The position numbers and the translations under genes were made by a program. A DNA stretch of 64,000 nucleotides from Octopus vulgaris (lineage: Eukaryota): contig OX597840.1 in the NCBI GenBank assembly GCA_951406725.2, forward strand, positions 22,382,001-22,446,000, read 5' to 3'. Positions 36,558 to 50,025 of this stretch are shown here, in pieces; positions within the stretch are counted from its first letter, which is position 1, and every line of letters begins with the position of its first letter. The notes below the pieces were generated by a model, which was not told the origin of the DNA, did not search any database, and worked only from the letters and a program-made list of their open reading frames with translations.

Positions 36558-36665
36558 AATTTAAAAGATGTTTTAGAAAAGAAAATTCCTGAAAAACAAA
36601 AAGAAGTCATCGAGTTCCGTAAACAACATGGCAATACAAAGATTGGTGAAGTTACAGTTGACCAG
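36558..36665 (+). CDS. CS: Citrate synthase exon (NLKDVLEKKIPEKQKEVIEFRKQHGNTKIGEVTVDQ)
   Basis: TTTCAG acceptor and GTATGT donor; 108 nt, phase 0/0. Matches the N-terminus of mature eukaryotic CS. Confidence 0.95.
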
Positions 36666-36719
36666 GTATGTTGTTGCTGTTAAGCCCAAGATTAGCTCTA
36701 ATCCAGTCTTCTTTGTCAT

Positions 36720-37370
36720 TTAGGCCTTTTGTTACCATTTTTCTGTTGAAACACACTTTGTTTCGATTAATTTTTAAAATAATGTATTTAGTAAAATAGA
36801 CTTTGTCATTATTAACCTTTTAGCATTCAGATTATTCTGTGAAATGTGGTATTTATTTGTTTTGAATTAATCATGTATTGTCTTGTAGCTTTGAGAATTT
36901 GATGATGTGATTGTTTTAGAATGACATTGTAGGTTAGGTGTGAGAGGCCATATCTGATCAGTTTCACCATAAAACAGAATATTTGGGCTGGATGTGGCTG
37001 GTTTAACCCTTTAGCATTCAGCATACTCTGTCAATTGTAATGCTTATTTATTCACATTATTTTGAAATAATCATGCATTCTCATAGCTTCAAGATTTCAA
37101 CGATGTGATTGTTTTATTTTTAGAATGGCATTGTAAGGTAGATTGGAAAGGCTGGATCTGGCCAGTTTGAATGTAAAACTTGTGGAATATTTTAGCCAGA
37201 TATGGCCAGTTTAAATGCTAAAGGGTTGAGTACTGAAGTATTAAGCTGGTGTTTGCAATATTCATTAACCTGAAATGTTCATGGAAGGTTTACATCACCT
37301 TAACACAGGAAATTTGTATCATAGACCTGATGGTAATATCAGGTGGGTTGATATGAAAAAAAGAGTTGAT
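36720..37370. mobile_element. piggyBac-like MITE family 2 interrupted at an internal TTAA by a head-to-tail dimer of family 1 (36812-37228)
   Basis: Flanks align to the intact family-2 copy at 50740-50929 across the TTAA. The two family-1 units are joined at TTAA 37003-37006. Confidence 0.6.
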
Positions 37371-37734
37371 GGCAACTTACTGTGATCATTTTTGTTTTTC
37401 CAATCATGGTGCATCTAGGCATACACTATACAGTGTGTCATTCCTTGTTGTTGTAGGCCTCAACCTTTGGATCGGCCTTAGCTACTGAAGACTGCATGTA
37501 CCCTGTATATGTTGTTGACTCTACATGCACCCAAGATGTGTTATTGATCCTGCTTGCTTGTACTCAACATACATTGTTGAACCTACATATACTATAAGAT
37601 GTTATTATTGTACCCCATGTTTTGTTAATTTTACATTTTCCATGGATATGTTAATCCAACATGTATCCAGTATCTTTTAACTTTATGTGTACCTCATATA
37701 TGTTGTTTATCCTACATGTGCCAATCATTGTTCT

Positions 37735-38212
37735 CATTTGATGTCTCTTTTCCATGCTGGCATGGGTTGGACGGCTTGACAAGTGCTGGCAAGAACAGAG
37801 CTGCACCAGGTTCCAGTCTGATTTTGCTTGCTTTCTACGGTTGGATGCTCTTCCTAAAGCCACCCACTCCACAGACTGCTGAGTGCTTTTTAGGTGGCAC
37901 TGGCATGAAAGCTTTTTATGTGGTGCCAGCCCAGTTGCTTTTATGTGTCACCAGCATGTGCTGCGAGGCTCTTTCAGGTCAATTCTCTTGAGCAGGGGCT
38001 GTGGCATTAACAATTCTGCTGTGAAGGACGTGTCTCCTTGAGCACAGCAAGGTGTCAGGTATCTTGGTCCTTTGTCATCTCCTCCGTGAGGCTCAGTGTC
38101 CTGAGGTTGTCCTTCAGTACTTTGTCCTATGTCCTCCCGGGTTTCCCCCTTCCACAAGTTTCATCCACCTTGAGTGATCAGCACTTCTTTATGGAGCTGT
38201 CTACATCCATTT
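37735..38212 (-). mobile_element. Diverged 3' end of an RTE LINE
   Basis: Minus strand matches the ORF end and 3'UTR of the 59351-62043 element (e.g. GTCGRGKPGRT-like segment). Confidence 0.7.
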
Positions 38213-38645
38213 ACATCATATGTGGAGGTGTGTGGCTCAGTGGTTAGGGTGTTGGACTCATGATCATAAGATTGTGGTTTCAATTCCTGGACCAGGTGAT
38301 GCATTGTTTTTGAGCAAAACACTTCATTTCACATTGCTCCAGTTCATTCAGTTGGCAAAAATGAATAATCCTGTGATGAACCGGTGCCCCGTCCAGGTGG
38401 GAGAATGTATATGTCATGGAAACCAGGAAACTGGCCCTTATGAGTCAGCATGACTCAAGAAGGTAATCTTTACTTTTACCTTACTCAGATCTTATGACCA
38501 AACCAGAGCAGTCTTCTCTCTGGCACCAGTATGGACACCAGTTTATATTGTTAATCGTACATGTATTCCATGTGTTGTTAGCTCCAGGTGTTCATGGTGT
38601 TTTGTGTGTTGTTGACCCCTACATTTGATTTTGTTCTTTCTGCAG

Positions 38646-38864
38646 GTGTTTGGTGGTATGCGTGGCATCAAAGGCCTTGTAACGGAGACCTCTGTCCTAG
38701 ATGCAGATGAAGGGATCCGTTTCCGAAATTACAGCATTCCGGAATGTCAGGAAATCCTACCAAAAGCTCATGGCGGTGGAGAAGAACCTCTCCCAGAGGG
38801 TCTGTTTTGGCTCCTGGTCACAGGTGATGTACCAACCCAGGAGCAGGTTGATGCTATTTCGAAG
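38646..38864 (+). CDS. CS: Citrate synthase exon ([27 protein letters not shown]...[24 protein letters not shown])
   Basis: TGCAG acceptor and AAG|GTAAGG donor; 219 nt, phase 0/0. Contains the hallmark GGMRG, GIRFR and [11 protein letters not shown] motifs. Confidence 0.97.
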
Positions 38865-40680
38865 GTAAGGTTCTGTCTCTCTCCAAAAGTTTCTAAAACG
38901 TCGGGTGCTCAGTCAGATAGTATCCTCAGAGATTTCCAGATGATGTATTGTGAGGTGGGGGTGGGGATAGCTACTACAGAAGTTTGTAGGTCAGGTGTTA
39001 AGGATAGCTGGGTGAGTCTTAAATCAGGTGCTTTTCACAGTGAGGCATAGATACTGTCGTATCGAGATGATCAGGGAAAGTGTGACGATGTGGGGAATGT
39101 AGATACTCTCATATCTAAAAAGTCAGGTGTGGTGGGGTGACATTGCAGGGAGATACTGTAGTAATAGCTAGAGAGTCTGATGTAATAGGGTGATATTGGG
39201 GGTAGGGCAGATACTGTACTTGTATGATGTGGGGGTGGAGGGAGATACTGTAGATATATCTACAAAGTAAAAGACATTTAAATAAAAAATATATTTGTGG
39301 ACTATCAAGTAATTGATGGCTTTTAGATAAGCTTTTTGTATCAGGATTTAACCCTTTGACGTAGAGATTACTCTAACGAGTCTAATGCTTATTTATTTGC
39401 ATTGGTTTGAATTATGTATTATCTTGTGGCTTTGAAATTTCAATTATGTTGTTATTTTTAGAATAACATTGTAAGGTGTGGGAAGCCAGATCTGATTTGG
39501 TCAGTTTGAATATGAGACGGGTAGAATATTTGGGCTGGATATGGCCATTCTAAGCTCTTAGCACACAGATTACTCTGTCAAATGTAATACTTATTTGTTC
39601 ACATTGATGTGAATTAGTCATGAATTATCTTATGGCTTTGCGATTTCACTGATATGATAGTTTGATTTTAGAATAATATTGTAGGGTAAGTGTGAGAGAC
39701 CAGATCTGGATGGTTTGAAGATAAAGCAGAATATTTGGGCTGGATACGGCCGGTTTAAATGCTAAAGGGTTAATTTTAGCCAGTGATGGGGATGGTGGAA
39801 ATACGCAAAACTATTATAATGCATCGAGTATGGTACAACAAGTGATAAATTGTTACATAAGTAACTTTGGAAGTGTAGTTTTGTCACCATGGGTAATATG
39901 AGGAAATACAGCATGGCCATGGCTTCGTAGTTAGAAGTTTGCTTCCTAACCACATAATGTAGGTGTGGGGTAACGGCAAAATAGAATATAAGAAATAAGC
40001 TGTTACTAAAAGAATTTGCTGATGTTGGGAGATATCAAGGAGATAGAGCGGAAGTATCTTGAAGGTCAGAAACAGGTTTGACAATAAATAGAGCAACAAC
40101 AATAACAGCAACTGTTACAATTGCAGGGATTTCCCAAGATTGCCAATCAACAATAAAAAATATTGCCTTTGCAACTGGTGCTTCTATCACTTGTTTCATC
40201 ACAACATTGTTGTTCTACTGCCAACCCCACCACCACAAGCAGCAATAACATGACTGTTTCCTCTAGAACTGCTCTAAAAGTATACTCCTTTACAGAAATG
40301 GCAAGGTTCCATGAGCAACTTTCTATAAAAGACAAACACAGGAATCTAAGCAATGCAGAAGAACTCATCAACAGAGCAAAAAATGTGAGCTTGATTTGCA
40401 CTTTCTTCACAACTGATGATAAGAAGTGCCAGGAGAGATATTATATACCAGTGTGCATTTATTAAAAACAGACAGGTTTTAATGCTTTGCACAGCCATGT
40501 GGGGAAAATGTCCAAAAGGAATATGTTACAACATACATTATGTAACTCCTGCCAGGCAATATAGCTGTGTAGAAGTGAGATTGTGAAGCCTTTTGTGTGT
40601 TTCACTGTTCCTTGTGTATAAACTTTTACATCTAAATACACCAGCACCTCTTATAAGATACACACCAAATTGTTATCAAA

Positions 40681-41060
40681 CTAGCAGTATAGCCCAGCGT
40701 TGCTCAGGTTTGTTTTCTTTTCGACCCTTTAGAATCGGAATTTTTGAAAAGTAAAAATTTTGCATTATGTAGCTTGTTATTCTCTTTAAGTGAACATTTT
40801 TCTCGTTGAAATACACCGAAAAATGGCGACACAGCAGTAAAAAAAATCGTTAAAAAATAGGGATTTTCATAGAAAAAAGCACCTTTTTGATGTTAATAAT
40901 TTTTGGTCTTAACATGGTCAGATTTGAATTAATTCTTCTATGGAATGAATAGTGAGCCTTCTTTTATCATACTTTTGGTTAACTTGCGCTGCAAAGCCTT
41001 GGAGTAGATAGTGTTAGTTGAAGGCTACCAAACCTGCCACACACACACAGCCAACTTCAG

Positions 41061-41103
<43 letters not shown>
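40681..41103 (-). mobile_element. Non-autonomous Helitron
   Basis: Minus strand begins A|TC(TA)n and ends with an imperfect hairpin CCTGAGCAACGCTGGG followed by CTAG|T; no TSD. Confidence 0.7.
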
Positions 41104-43163
41104 TAAAAGATTATTATTATTATTATGGCAAGCTGGTAGAAACATTAGCACATGAAGCAGCATTTCATCTGTCTTTATATTCTCAGTTCAAATTCAGCTA
41201 AGTTCTGATTTCCCTTTCATCCTTTTGGGTCAATAAAATAAGTAGTAGTTGTGCACTGGGGTTGATGTAATTGACTTGTCCCCTATCCTGATTTCAAAGC
41301 CATTATTATTATGCAAGAGAGCAGTACATGCTCTGGGGTACAAATATATGAAGCCCAGTATACTGATCATGAGTACCCATCTGATAAGTGTACACCAGGC
41401 ATATGCATTACAACCATATGGGTGCAACATGGTGATCTCATATCAAGGTAAACCACGTATGACCTTGCGGGTGTTGATAAATTAAGTATCAATGAAACAA
41501 TGGGTTTGATGTGATCGGCTAGTCCCTTCCCCCGAAATTTCAGGCCTTGTGCCTTTAGTAGAAAGGATTATTATTAAGGTGGTGAGCTGGCAGAATCATT
41601 AGCATACTGGACAAAATGCTTAGCAGTATTTTGTCCGTCTTAACATTCTGAGTTCAAATTCCACCAGTGTTGACTTTGCCTTGATGAATCCTTTTGGAAG
41701 GTCAATAGAAATATGTACTGGTCAAGCACTGGGGTCCATGTGATCAACTGTCTCCCTCTCCCCAATTTTAGGCCCTGTGCCTGTAACATGTGAGATTGGG
41801 TGGTGTGTTGTGCTCTTAAGCAAGGCACTTCATCTCACATCGCTCTGCAATCACTTTGACACCTGGTGCATAGCACACCCTACACTTGTTCAGGCAATGT
41901 CAATTTGATGGAGTGAGTGAACATTTGATCACTGTAAACAAATCATTTGTGCAGGTTGTTTGGCAAAAATGGAACACTCATACATTGTCTTCAATGGGAA
42001 AGTCAATCATCATTATTAAGGTGGTGAGTTGGCAGAATCGTTAGCAGACTGGGTGAAATGCTTAGTGGCATTTTGTCCATCCGTATGGTCTGTGTTAAAA
42101 TTCTACTGAGGTCAGCATAAAAGATTAGTCCCCTCTCTCAAAATTTCAGGCCTTGTGTCTATAGTAGAAAGGATTGCTATTGTTATCTTGTAATAATTCT
42201 GCTTGTTACTGCGATACTTAGCCCGTCGGTAATGCTTTCATGTGATTAAAGAAAAAGAGGGAGAGAGAGAACCGTCCATGTCATGAGGTAAAGGGAATGC
42301 AGTTGTAACACTTTCACGTGATTAGTTGAAGAGGAAGAGAACAGAAAGAAAAAGGAGAAAAAGAGGATTAGGCGAAGAGGGAGAAAGAAGTGTCCATGAC
42401 GTGAGGTAGGAGGAACATAATATTTATTACAGAGCTAAAAATATAATTTTAGCTGAGGGGTGATGTTCTGATGGTGAGGTTAAAGAAAAGCAGAGAGAGA
42501 GGTGGTGGTGGTGATTGGATAGTAAAAAGTGTCCTTTTTTTCTTTTTAATTTAACTAAGTTCTTTGATATCATCTATCACTTAATGCATGTGCATAAGTG
42601 CAGTTCCTTGAAATATTTGTGCTTATTTATGTAGCAGACATATGCAATTTAACTAGAGGTTGTATCATGTACAGTTATCTTGAAATATTCATGGGTCCCC
42701 CTAGTTATTATTAAACTGGAAGAATTGTTAGCACACTGGGCAAAATATTTAGCAACATTTAGTCTGTGTTTATGTTCTGAGTTCAAATTCCACCAAGGTC
42801 GACTTTGCTTTTCATCTTTTCAGGGTCGATAAAATAAGTACCAGTCAAGCACTGGGGTTGATGTAATTAATTTACCCCCTACCCCTAAATTGCTGGCCTT
42901 GTGTCAAAATTCAAAACCATTATTATTAGTAGTAGTAGTAGTAGCAGCAGCAGTAGCAGCAATGTATTGGCAGGATTGAAGTGCTCGACAAAATACCTTG
43001 CAGTATTTCTTCCACCTGTGTTTGCATCCCACCAAGCTGGACTTTGCCTTTTCCTCCCTGTAGGGATAGGCTTAATCCACTGACCCCCTCCCTTAAATAT
43101 TTGATTTTTTATTAAAAAATTTTCCCCCTATTTAATGCTAATTACTGCTAATCTACCTTTCAG

Positions 43164-43334
43164 GAATGGAACGACAGAGCAGCACTACCCAACCATGTAA
43201 TAACCATGCTAAACAACTTCCCCAGTAACCTTCATCCCATGTCTCAGTTTAGCGCTGCCATTACAGCACTGAACAGTGAAAGCAAATTTGCAAAAGCTTA
43301 TTCTGATGGAGTCCACAAGACTACCTATTGGCAG
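43164..43334 (+). CDS. CS: Citrate synthase exon ([57 protein letters not shown])
   Basis: TTTCAG acceptor and CAG|GTAAAA donor; 171 nt, phase 0/0. Contains the LHPMSQ motif. Confidence 0.97.
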
Positions 43335-44149
43335 GTAAAATTAACTTTTATATCTTTTGTTCAAAACTCTACAGCAGCTGCTTCCATCTTCTTGTTTTTC
43401 TTTTTTCTACCTCTTCATTCTTTCTTCCTTTTTCCCCTTTTCCTTCTTCCTTCTTCCTTCCTCCTCCATCATCATCATCAAACCCTTGATCAAAAGCATT
43501 CCAACACTTTCTAGTCTGTCTTTCCTTTTTTTCCTCCAAGACATTATAGCCAGGATTACAAAAGCCAATGTACCCTTTCCTTAAAAAAAGATAATAAATA
43601 GATTAAAAAAAAATCAAGATTGAGGTGGGGTTGGCTGCTATTCTACGAGACTTTCATGATCGCTTAAAAAGGATTTTAAAAAAATGTTTAGCAATCTACC
43701 ATTGTTTATTTACTTTGGCAGTATTTCTCGTTTACCTGGTATTTTCGCCTCCTTGTTCAGTTGAATTCCTTGTAAATCAGGAAATGGTGAACTGTATGTT
43801 AAAATTCAGTCAGCTAAAAATGTATCAGTCACTCAGAATACTGATGGTGTCAAAGTTCATTGTTTACAAATGTCTTCTTAGAGATAGTTCTGTCTTCAGG
43901 TGTTTTTTTTGGTATTTTTGTTTACAATTTTTCAACCATGAAATTCATCATACAAGGTACAGATGGGTTGCTCTGTGGTAATAAGCTTGCTTCACAACCA
44001 CATAGTTCTAGGTTCAGTCAAGCTATGTGGTACCTTGTGGCTAGTGTCTTCTAACAATAGCTTCGACCAACCAAAGCCTTGTGACTGAATTTGGTAAATG
44101 GAAACTGAAAGAAGCCCATCTTTCTCTCTCTCCCTCCCTTTCTCTCTCT

Positions 44150-44164
44150 ATACGTATAAATATG

Positions 44165-44239
<75 letters not shown>

Positions 44240-44580
44240 ATTTGTATATAATGTATATATGTTTGTATATGTATATATGTCTGTGTATATGTGTGTATCA
44301 CCATCCGAACATGGCCGATTCCAGTGCCGCCTTGACAGGCTTCCGTGCCATAGGCACGGAAAACGCACCAACGGATCGTGGCCGTTGTCAGCCTCCCCTG
44401 GCACGTAAAAAGCACCCACTACACTCACGGATTGGTTGGCATTAGGAAGGGCATCCAGCTGTAGAAACACTGCCAGATCAGACTGGAGCCTGGTGCAGCC
44501 TCCTGGCTTCCCAGATCCCGGTCAAACCGTCCAACACATGCTAGCATTGAAAGTGGACATTAAACGATAATGGTGATGAT

Positions 44581-44646
<66 letters not shown>

Positions 44647-45320
44647 TATATATATGTGTGGGTGCGTGTGTGTCTGTATATGTGTGGGTGTGTGTGTGTA
44701 TATATATGTGTCTGTATATGTGTGTGTGTGTATATATGTATCTGTATATGTGTGTGTATATATGTATGTGTGTTTGTATGTGTATATGTGTGTGTATATA
44801 TATATGTATGTGTGTTTGTATATATATATATGTATGTGTGTGTATATATATATTATGTGTGTGTATGTGTATAGACGTATATGTGTGAATATATATATGT
44901 ATTTATATATGTATATATATGTGTATATGCTGGTGGCACGTAAAAAGCACCCACTACACTCACAGAGTGGTTGGCGTTAGGAAGGGCATCCAGCTGTAGA
45001 AACACTGCCGGATCAGGCTGGGCCTGGTGCAGCCTTCTGGCTTCCCAGACCCCAGTCGAACCGTCCAACCCATGCTAGCATGGAAAGCGAACGTTAAATG
45101 ATAATGATGATGATGTGTGTATATATATGTGTGTGTATATATATATGTGTGTGTGTACATGTATAAATGTGTATATGTATGTATATATATGTGTGTGTGT
45201 GTATATATATATATATATACACACATATATATATATATACACATATATATATATATATACATACACATATATATATATATATATACACACATATATATAT
45301 ATATACACACATATATATAT

Positions 45321-45353
<33 letters not shown>

Positions 45354-45360
45354 CACGCAC

Positions 45361-45429
<69 letters not shown>

Positions 45430-45860
45430 TATATATATATACACACACATATATATATATATATACACACACCCACATATGTGTGTGTGTGTGTATATAT
45501 GTCTTGTACTCTTTTTTTTTTTACGTTGTCTGAAAAAAGTTCGTTTCTATGTTTTTGTTTTTATGTCTTCATTTCTCATCGTGTTTAATGTTATTTTGAT
45601 GTCCCGTACCCATATATGCATGTACATATATATGTAGGTATGTACATATATGCATGTATATATGCATATATTTATATATTATTTATATTATATATATATA
45701 TATATGTATGTGTATATATGTATTTGCATATATATGTATTTGCATATATATGTATTTGTATATGTATGTATTTTTATATATATGTATGCATATGTATTTG
45801 TATATATACATATATTTATATATATGTATGTATCTGTATATATATTTATATTGAATGCAC
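44150..45860. repeat. Large compound (TA)n/(TG)n/(CA)n microsatellite field containing two direct copies of the RTE 3' tail (about 44400-44580 and 44930-45115)
   Basis: Directly visible; source of the YIYIY/CVCV ORFs. Confidence 0.9.
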
Positions 45861-47222
45861 AATGTGTGTGTCTTTGCTGCTTGGCTGTCAAAGTAAGTGA
45901 AAAATGGTAGATTGCTAAACATTGTTTCTTTTCTTTTTTCTTGGTCATTAAAAAGAAAATGAAGTAACACATCCGTAATCAACAACTTCAAGCCGTCATG
46001 GAAGTCATGTAGAATAGCAGCCAACCTCTCCTCAATCTTTATTTATTTGTTTGTTTTTCTCATAAGGCAAAGAGTACATTGGCTTTTGTAATCCTGGATA
46101 GATGTCTTGTAGGAAAAAAAAGAAAAACGGATAGACATACTAAAAAGTATTGGAATGCTTTTGATCAAGGGTATGTTGATGATGAAGGAGGAGGAGGAGG
46201 AAAGAAGAAGAAAGGAAAACATACATCTGTATATATGTATATACATTATTAAAGTGGCTAGTCACAATTTAAAACCCAAAGGTACAAGTACAATCATCAC
46301 TAAAGTGTCAGCACTAGCATTGCTAGAAATAAGAATGGAACCAACAACTGTTAGCCACAAGCAAGGGAGATAACCTCTCTACAGCAAGCGAGTGTCAGAT
46401 CATTGATGATGGCAGATTCAATTAATGCTCATTAGTGACACTTACTCCGTTGCCTAGGGTTAAACTGAGCTCACCTTGTCAGTTTATTGAAAATACTATA
46501 GGAATCAGTGGCTGATTTGCTAAAATGGTAAGGGGAGAATTAGAAATTAAGGTGGCTAGTTGCAATCTCACCTGTCTATGACTATGACCTCCAGGTGTTT
46601 TAACATCAGGCACTTTGAATGGGTCACAACCACCGCATCAAATCACTAGAATGTTAAAACTTAGTGCACATGCACAGCAGAGTTCAAGGTCAATCTGTGC
46701 CAAGCAGCTTCATTACTTAAGCAACGGGCCGGATACTTATTGATCCGACCATTATATATATCTTTTTAATTTGTTTATGGAAACATTTTGAATATGTAAA
46801 ATAAAGCTCCTATTCCATTATCTCAGATAGAGTCTAATGATGCTGGCTTGTGAACCAGTTTTTTGGGATTGTACTGATCTGTACAGATATAATGTAGGAT
46901 AAATATAATAATAATAACAACAATAATCCTTGGATGGAACTTATAAACATTTAAGGCATTGCTATGCACATTTCCACAAATCCCATGTTTCTTAAGCTAA
47001 CAGTCCGTTTTCCTGGGATGATTGTTGTGTAGTCCATAGTATCAATGGGCATCAGGTAGATTATCATTATGGATGCATGTCTTCAGGTGATATAGCAATA
47101 ATGGATGTTTAAGCCCAAATAAATTATATTTGTCATAATTACTAAATTTTTGAATTGATATATTAGTTTCTTTCATGACTATTTCTTTCTTTTAAAGAAC
47201 TTTTTCTTTGTATTTCTTACAG

Positions 47223-47422
47223 TATGTTTATGAAGATTCCATGAATCTCATTGCCAAACTGCCCACCATAGCAGCAATTATTTACCGAAATCTGTACCGT
47301 GATGGCACCTCGGTTGGTGCCATTGATCCAGATAAGGACTGGACATGGAACTTTACCTCCATGTTAGGGTTTGAAGATCCAGCATTTACTGAACTCATGA
47401 GATTGTACCTCACTATTCACAG
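47223..47422 (+). CDS. CS: Citrate synthase exon ([28 protein letters not shown]...[13 protein letters not shown])
   Basis: TTACAG acceptor and AG|GTTGGT donor; 200 nt, phase 0/2. The Ser codon is completed by the next exon. Confidence 0.97.
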
Positions 47423-49222
47423 GTTGGTCTTGAATTACTGCATGGATTTATATAATCCTTTGTGCAACTTCTGTTCATTGCGTCTTTGAATATTTGTCTG
47501 TGGATTTTTTTCCTGTATATTTGTGTGTGTTTTTCTATATTCGCACGTGAGTGTGCTTTTCTGTGTTTGCATGTGTGTATGTGTTTTCTGTATTTAACTG
47601 TATGGTAGGTTTTTGTGTGTGTATATGTGTGTTCCGTATTTGTGTGTGTGTATGGCTAAGTATTTGTATGAGTGTTCTGTATTTGAAGGTGAAGTTATGT
47701 GGCTTAGTGGTTATGGTATTCAACTTAGTCATAAGGTCATGAGTTCAATACCCAACAGTATGTTGTGTCCCTGAGCAAAGACATTTTATTTCACATTGCT
47801 CCAGTCCACTCAGCTGACAAGAGTAGAACCTGTATTTCAAAGGGCCAGACTTGTCACATTCTGTGTCATGCTGAATCTCCCTGAGGACTACATTACCCTT
47901 TAAATCAGCCACATCCGGCCAAATTTTTTATGCTCAAACCAACCAGATCTGGCTTCACATACCCTACGTCATTCCCCCAAACAATTGCATCACTGGAATC
48001 TCAAAGCCACAAGATAATACATAATCAATTTAAAACAATCTGCATAAATAAATATTATATTTGACAGTAAAATCTGAAGGCTAAAAGGTTAAGGGTATGC
48101 ATGTCTGTGGAGTACTCAGCCACTTGCACATCAATTTCACAAGCAGGCTGTTCGGTTGATTAGACCAACTAGAACCCTTGTCATCCTAAACGACAGAGTG
48201 CCAGTGTTGTGCTCTCTAATGCTACCAAGTATTTGAGAGTTCGATTCCTGATGGTTCAGTGTGTCCTTGGGCAAGACACTTTATTTCATGTTGCTCCAGT
48301 CGACTCGGCTGGCAAAAATGAATAGTACCTGTAATACAAAGGGGGCCAGCATAGTCACATTCTGTGTTTCACACTGAATCTCACTGATGACTATGTTCGG
48401 GGTATGCACATCTGTGGAACACTCAGCCACTTGCACGAGCCAGCTGTTTCATTGATCAGATCAACTGGAACGCTCAGCTTTGTGATTGACAGAATGCAAG
48501 TTATTCAGATTTTGTGAAAAGGCTTATCCTTATTGGAGTCCTCAACCACAGTCAGCCTTGTGTTAAATGTTTATTCATGTTTCAGTCTGGATGTTAATGC
48601 TGTATGTGTGGTGGTGGTGGTGGTGGTGGTGGTGGGAGTGTAGCTAATGATGGATGCATTGAAGTAAGCACTCTTTCTCTCACTTTCACCCTTGCCTTTT
48701 TTTCCTTATATCACTCTTAATAACTGTCTCTTGTAACCTTACTCCCCTTCTTTTTCAATATCACTCTCTTCTCTTCATCTTTTTGTCTCTTTTTTTATTT
48801 TCGCTCCTTCATACTCTTCTGTTCACATTCTTGTACTCTTTCATTCAATTTTTTCTTCTTTTGTTTCCTCTCATCCTTTCTCATCCATCATTCCTCGATC
48901 CAACCAACTAGATTAAGTTGGGAGACTATTCTAAGTCTGCAATGGTACACTGCACACTTCTCTGCAAATGTTTCTTTCTTCTCTCTATTATTATTGAATC
49001 ACTGGCACACTGGGGTCGATGTAATCAACTGGTTCCTTTTCCCCAAATTTCAGGACTTGTACCCTTAGAAGAAAGGATTGTGGCATTAGGAAGGGCATCC
49101 AGCCGTAGAAACACTGCCAGATCAGACTGGGCCTGATGCAGCCTTCTGGCTTCACAGACCCCAGTTGAACCGTCCAACCCATGCTAGCATGGAAAGCAGA
49201 CGCTAAATGATGATGATGATGA

Positions 49223-50025
49223 AGGTGGCAAGCTGGCAGAATAGTTAGCATCCTGGGCAAAATGTTATTAATAGTATTTTGTCTGTTTTCGTGTTCTGAG
49301 TTCAAATGTTGCTGTGGTTGATTTTGCCTTTCATCCTTTTGGGGTCAGTAAGTACCAGTTGAGTACTGGGGTCAATGTTATCAACTTTCCCCGCTGCCAT
49401 CAAATTTCAGTCCTTCTGCCAAGAGTAGAAAGGATTATTAGTCAACATTGGCGGAATTCTGAATTCAGATTCCACCAAGGTTGACTTTCACCCTCTCAGG
49501 GTTGATAAAATAAGTAGTAGTTGCATATTGGGGGAGGGGTCGATGTAATTGACATATGCCCTGAAATTATTGGCTTGGTGTTGCTGGCAGAATCATTAGC
49601 ACGCCAGGTAAAATGCTTAACGTTATTTCACCTGTCTCGTTACGTTCTGAGTTCAAATGTTGCCGAGATCAACTTTGCCTTTAATCCTTTTGGGTTCAAT
49701 AAATTAGTACCAGTCGAGCACTGGTGTCAATGTAATTGACTAGCCCTCTCCCCCAAATTTCAGGCCTTGTACCTTTTGTAGAAAGCATTATTATTAAGGT
49801 GGTGAGCTGGCAGAATTGTTAGCACACTGGAAAAAATACTTAGTGGTATTTCGCTTGTCGCTACATTCTGAGTTCAAATTCCACCAAGCTTGACTTTGTC
49901 TTTCATCCTTTTGGGATCAATAAAATAAATACCAGTTGAAGACTGGGGTCAATGCAACTGACTCATCCCTTCCCCCAAAATTGCTGCCCTTGTGGCAAAA
50001 TTTGAAACCATTATTATTATTATTA
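49223..50025 (+). mobile_element. Head-to-tail cluster of 4 SINE family B copies
   Basis: Units start near 49223, 49450 (truncated), 49580 and 49797 and are separated by ATT/TAT tails. Confidence 0.75.

Noticed and set aside
38865-39050. C-terminal extensions of the CS-containing ORFs (also 43335-43514 and 47423-47489)
   Set aside because: Similarity to citrate synthase stops exactly at the GT donors, so these are read-through into introns.
39955-40680. Possible solo LTR or coding remnant (ORF 40163-40465)
   Set aside because: No partner LTR, TSD or recognisable domain could be established by eye.
44041-46024. Many overlapping ORFs rich in YI/CV/HT
   Set aside because: They are translations of dinucleotide microsatellites.
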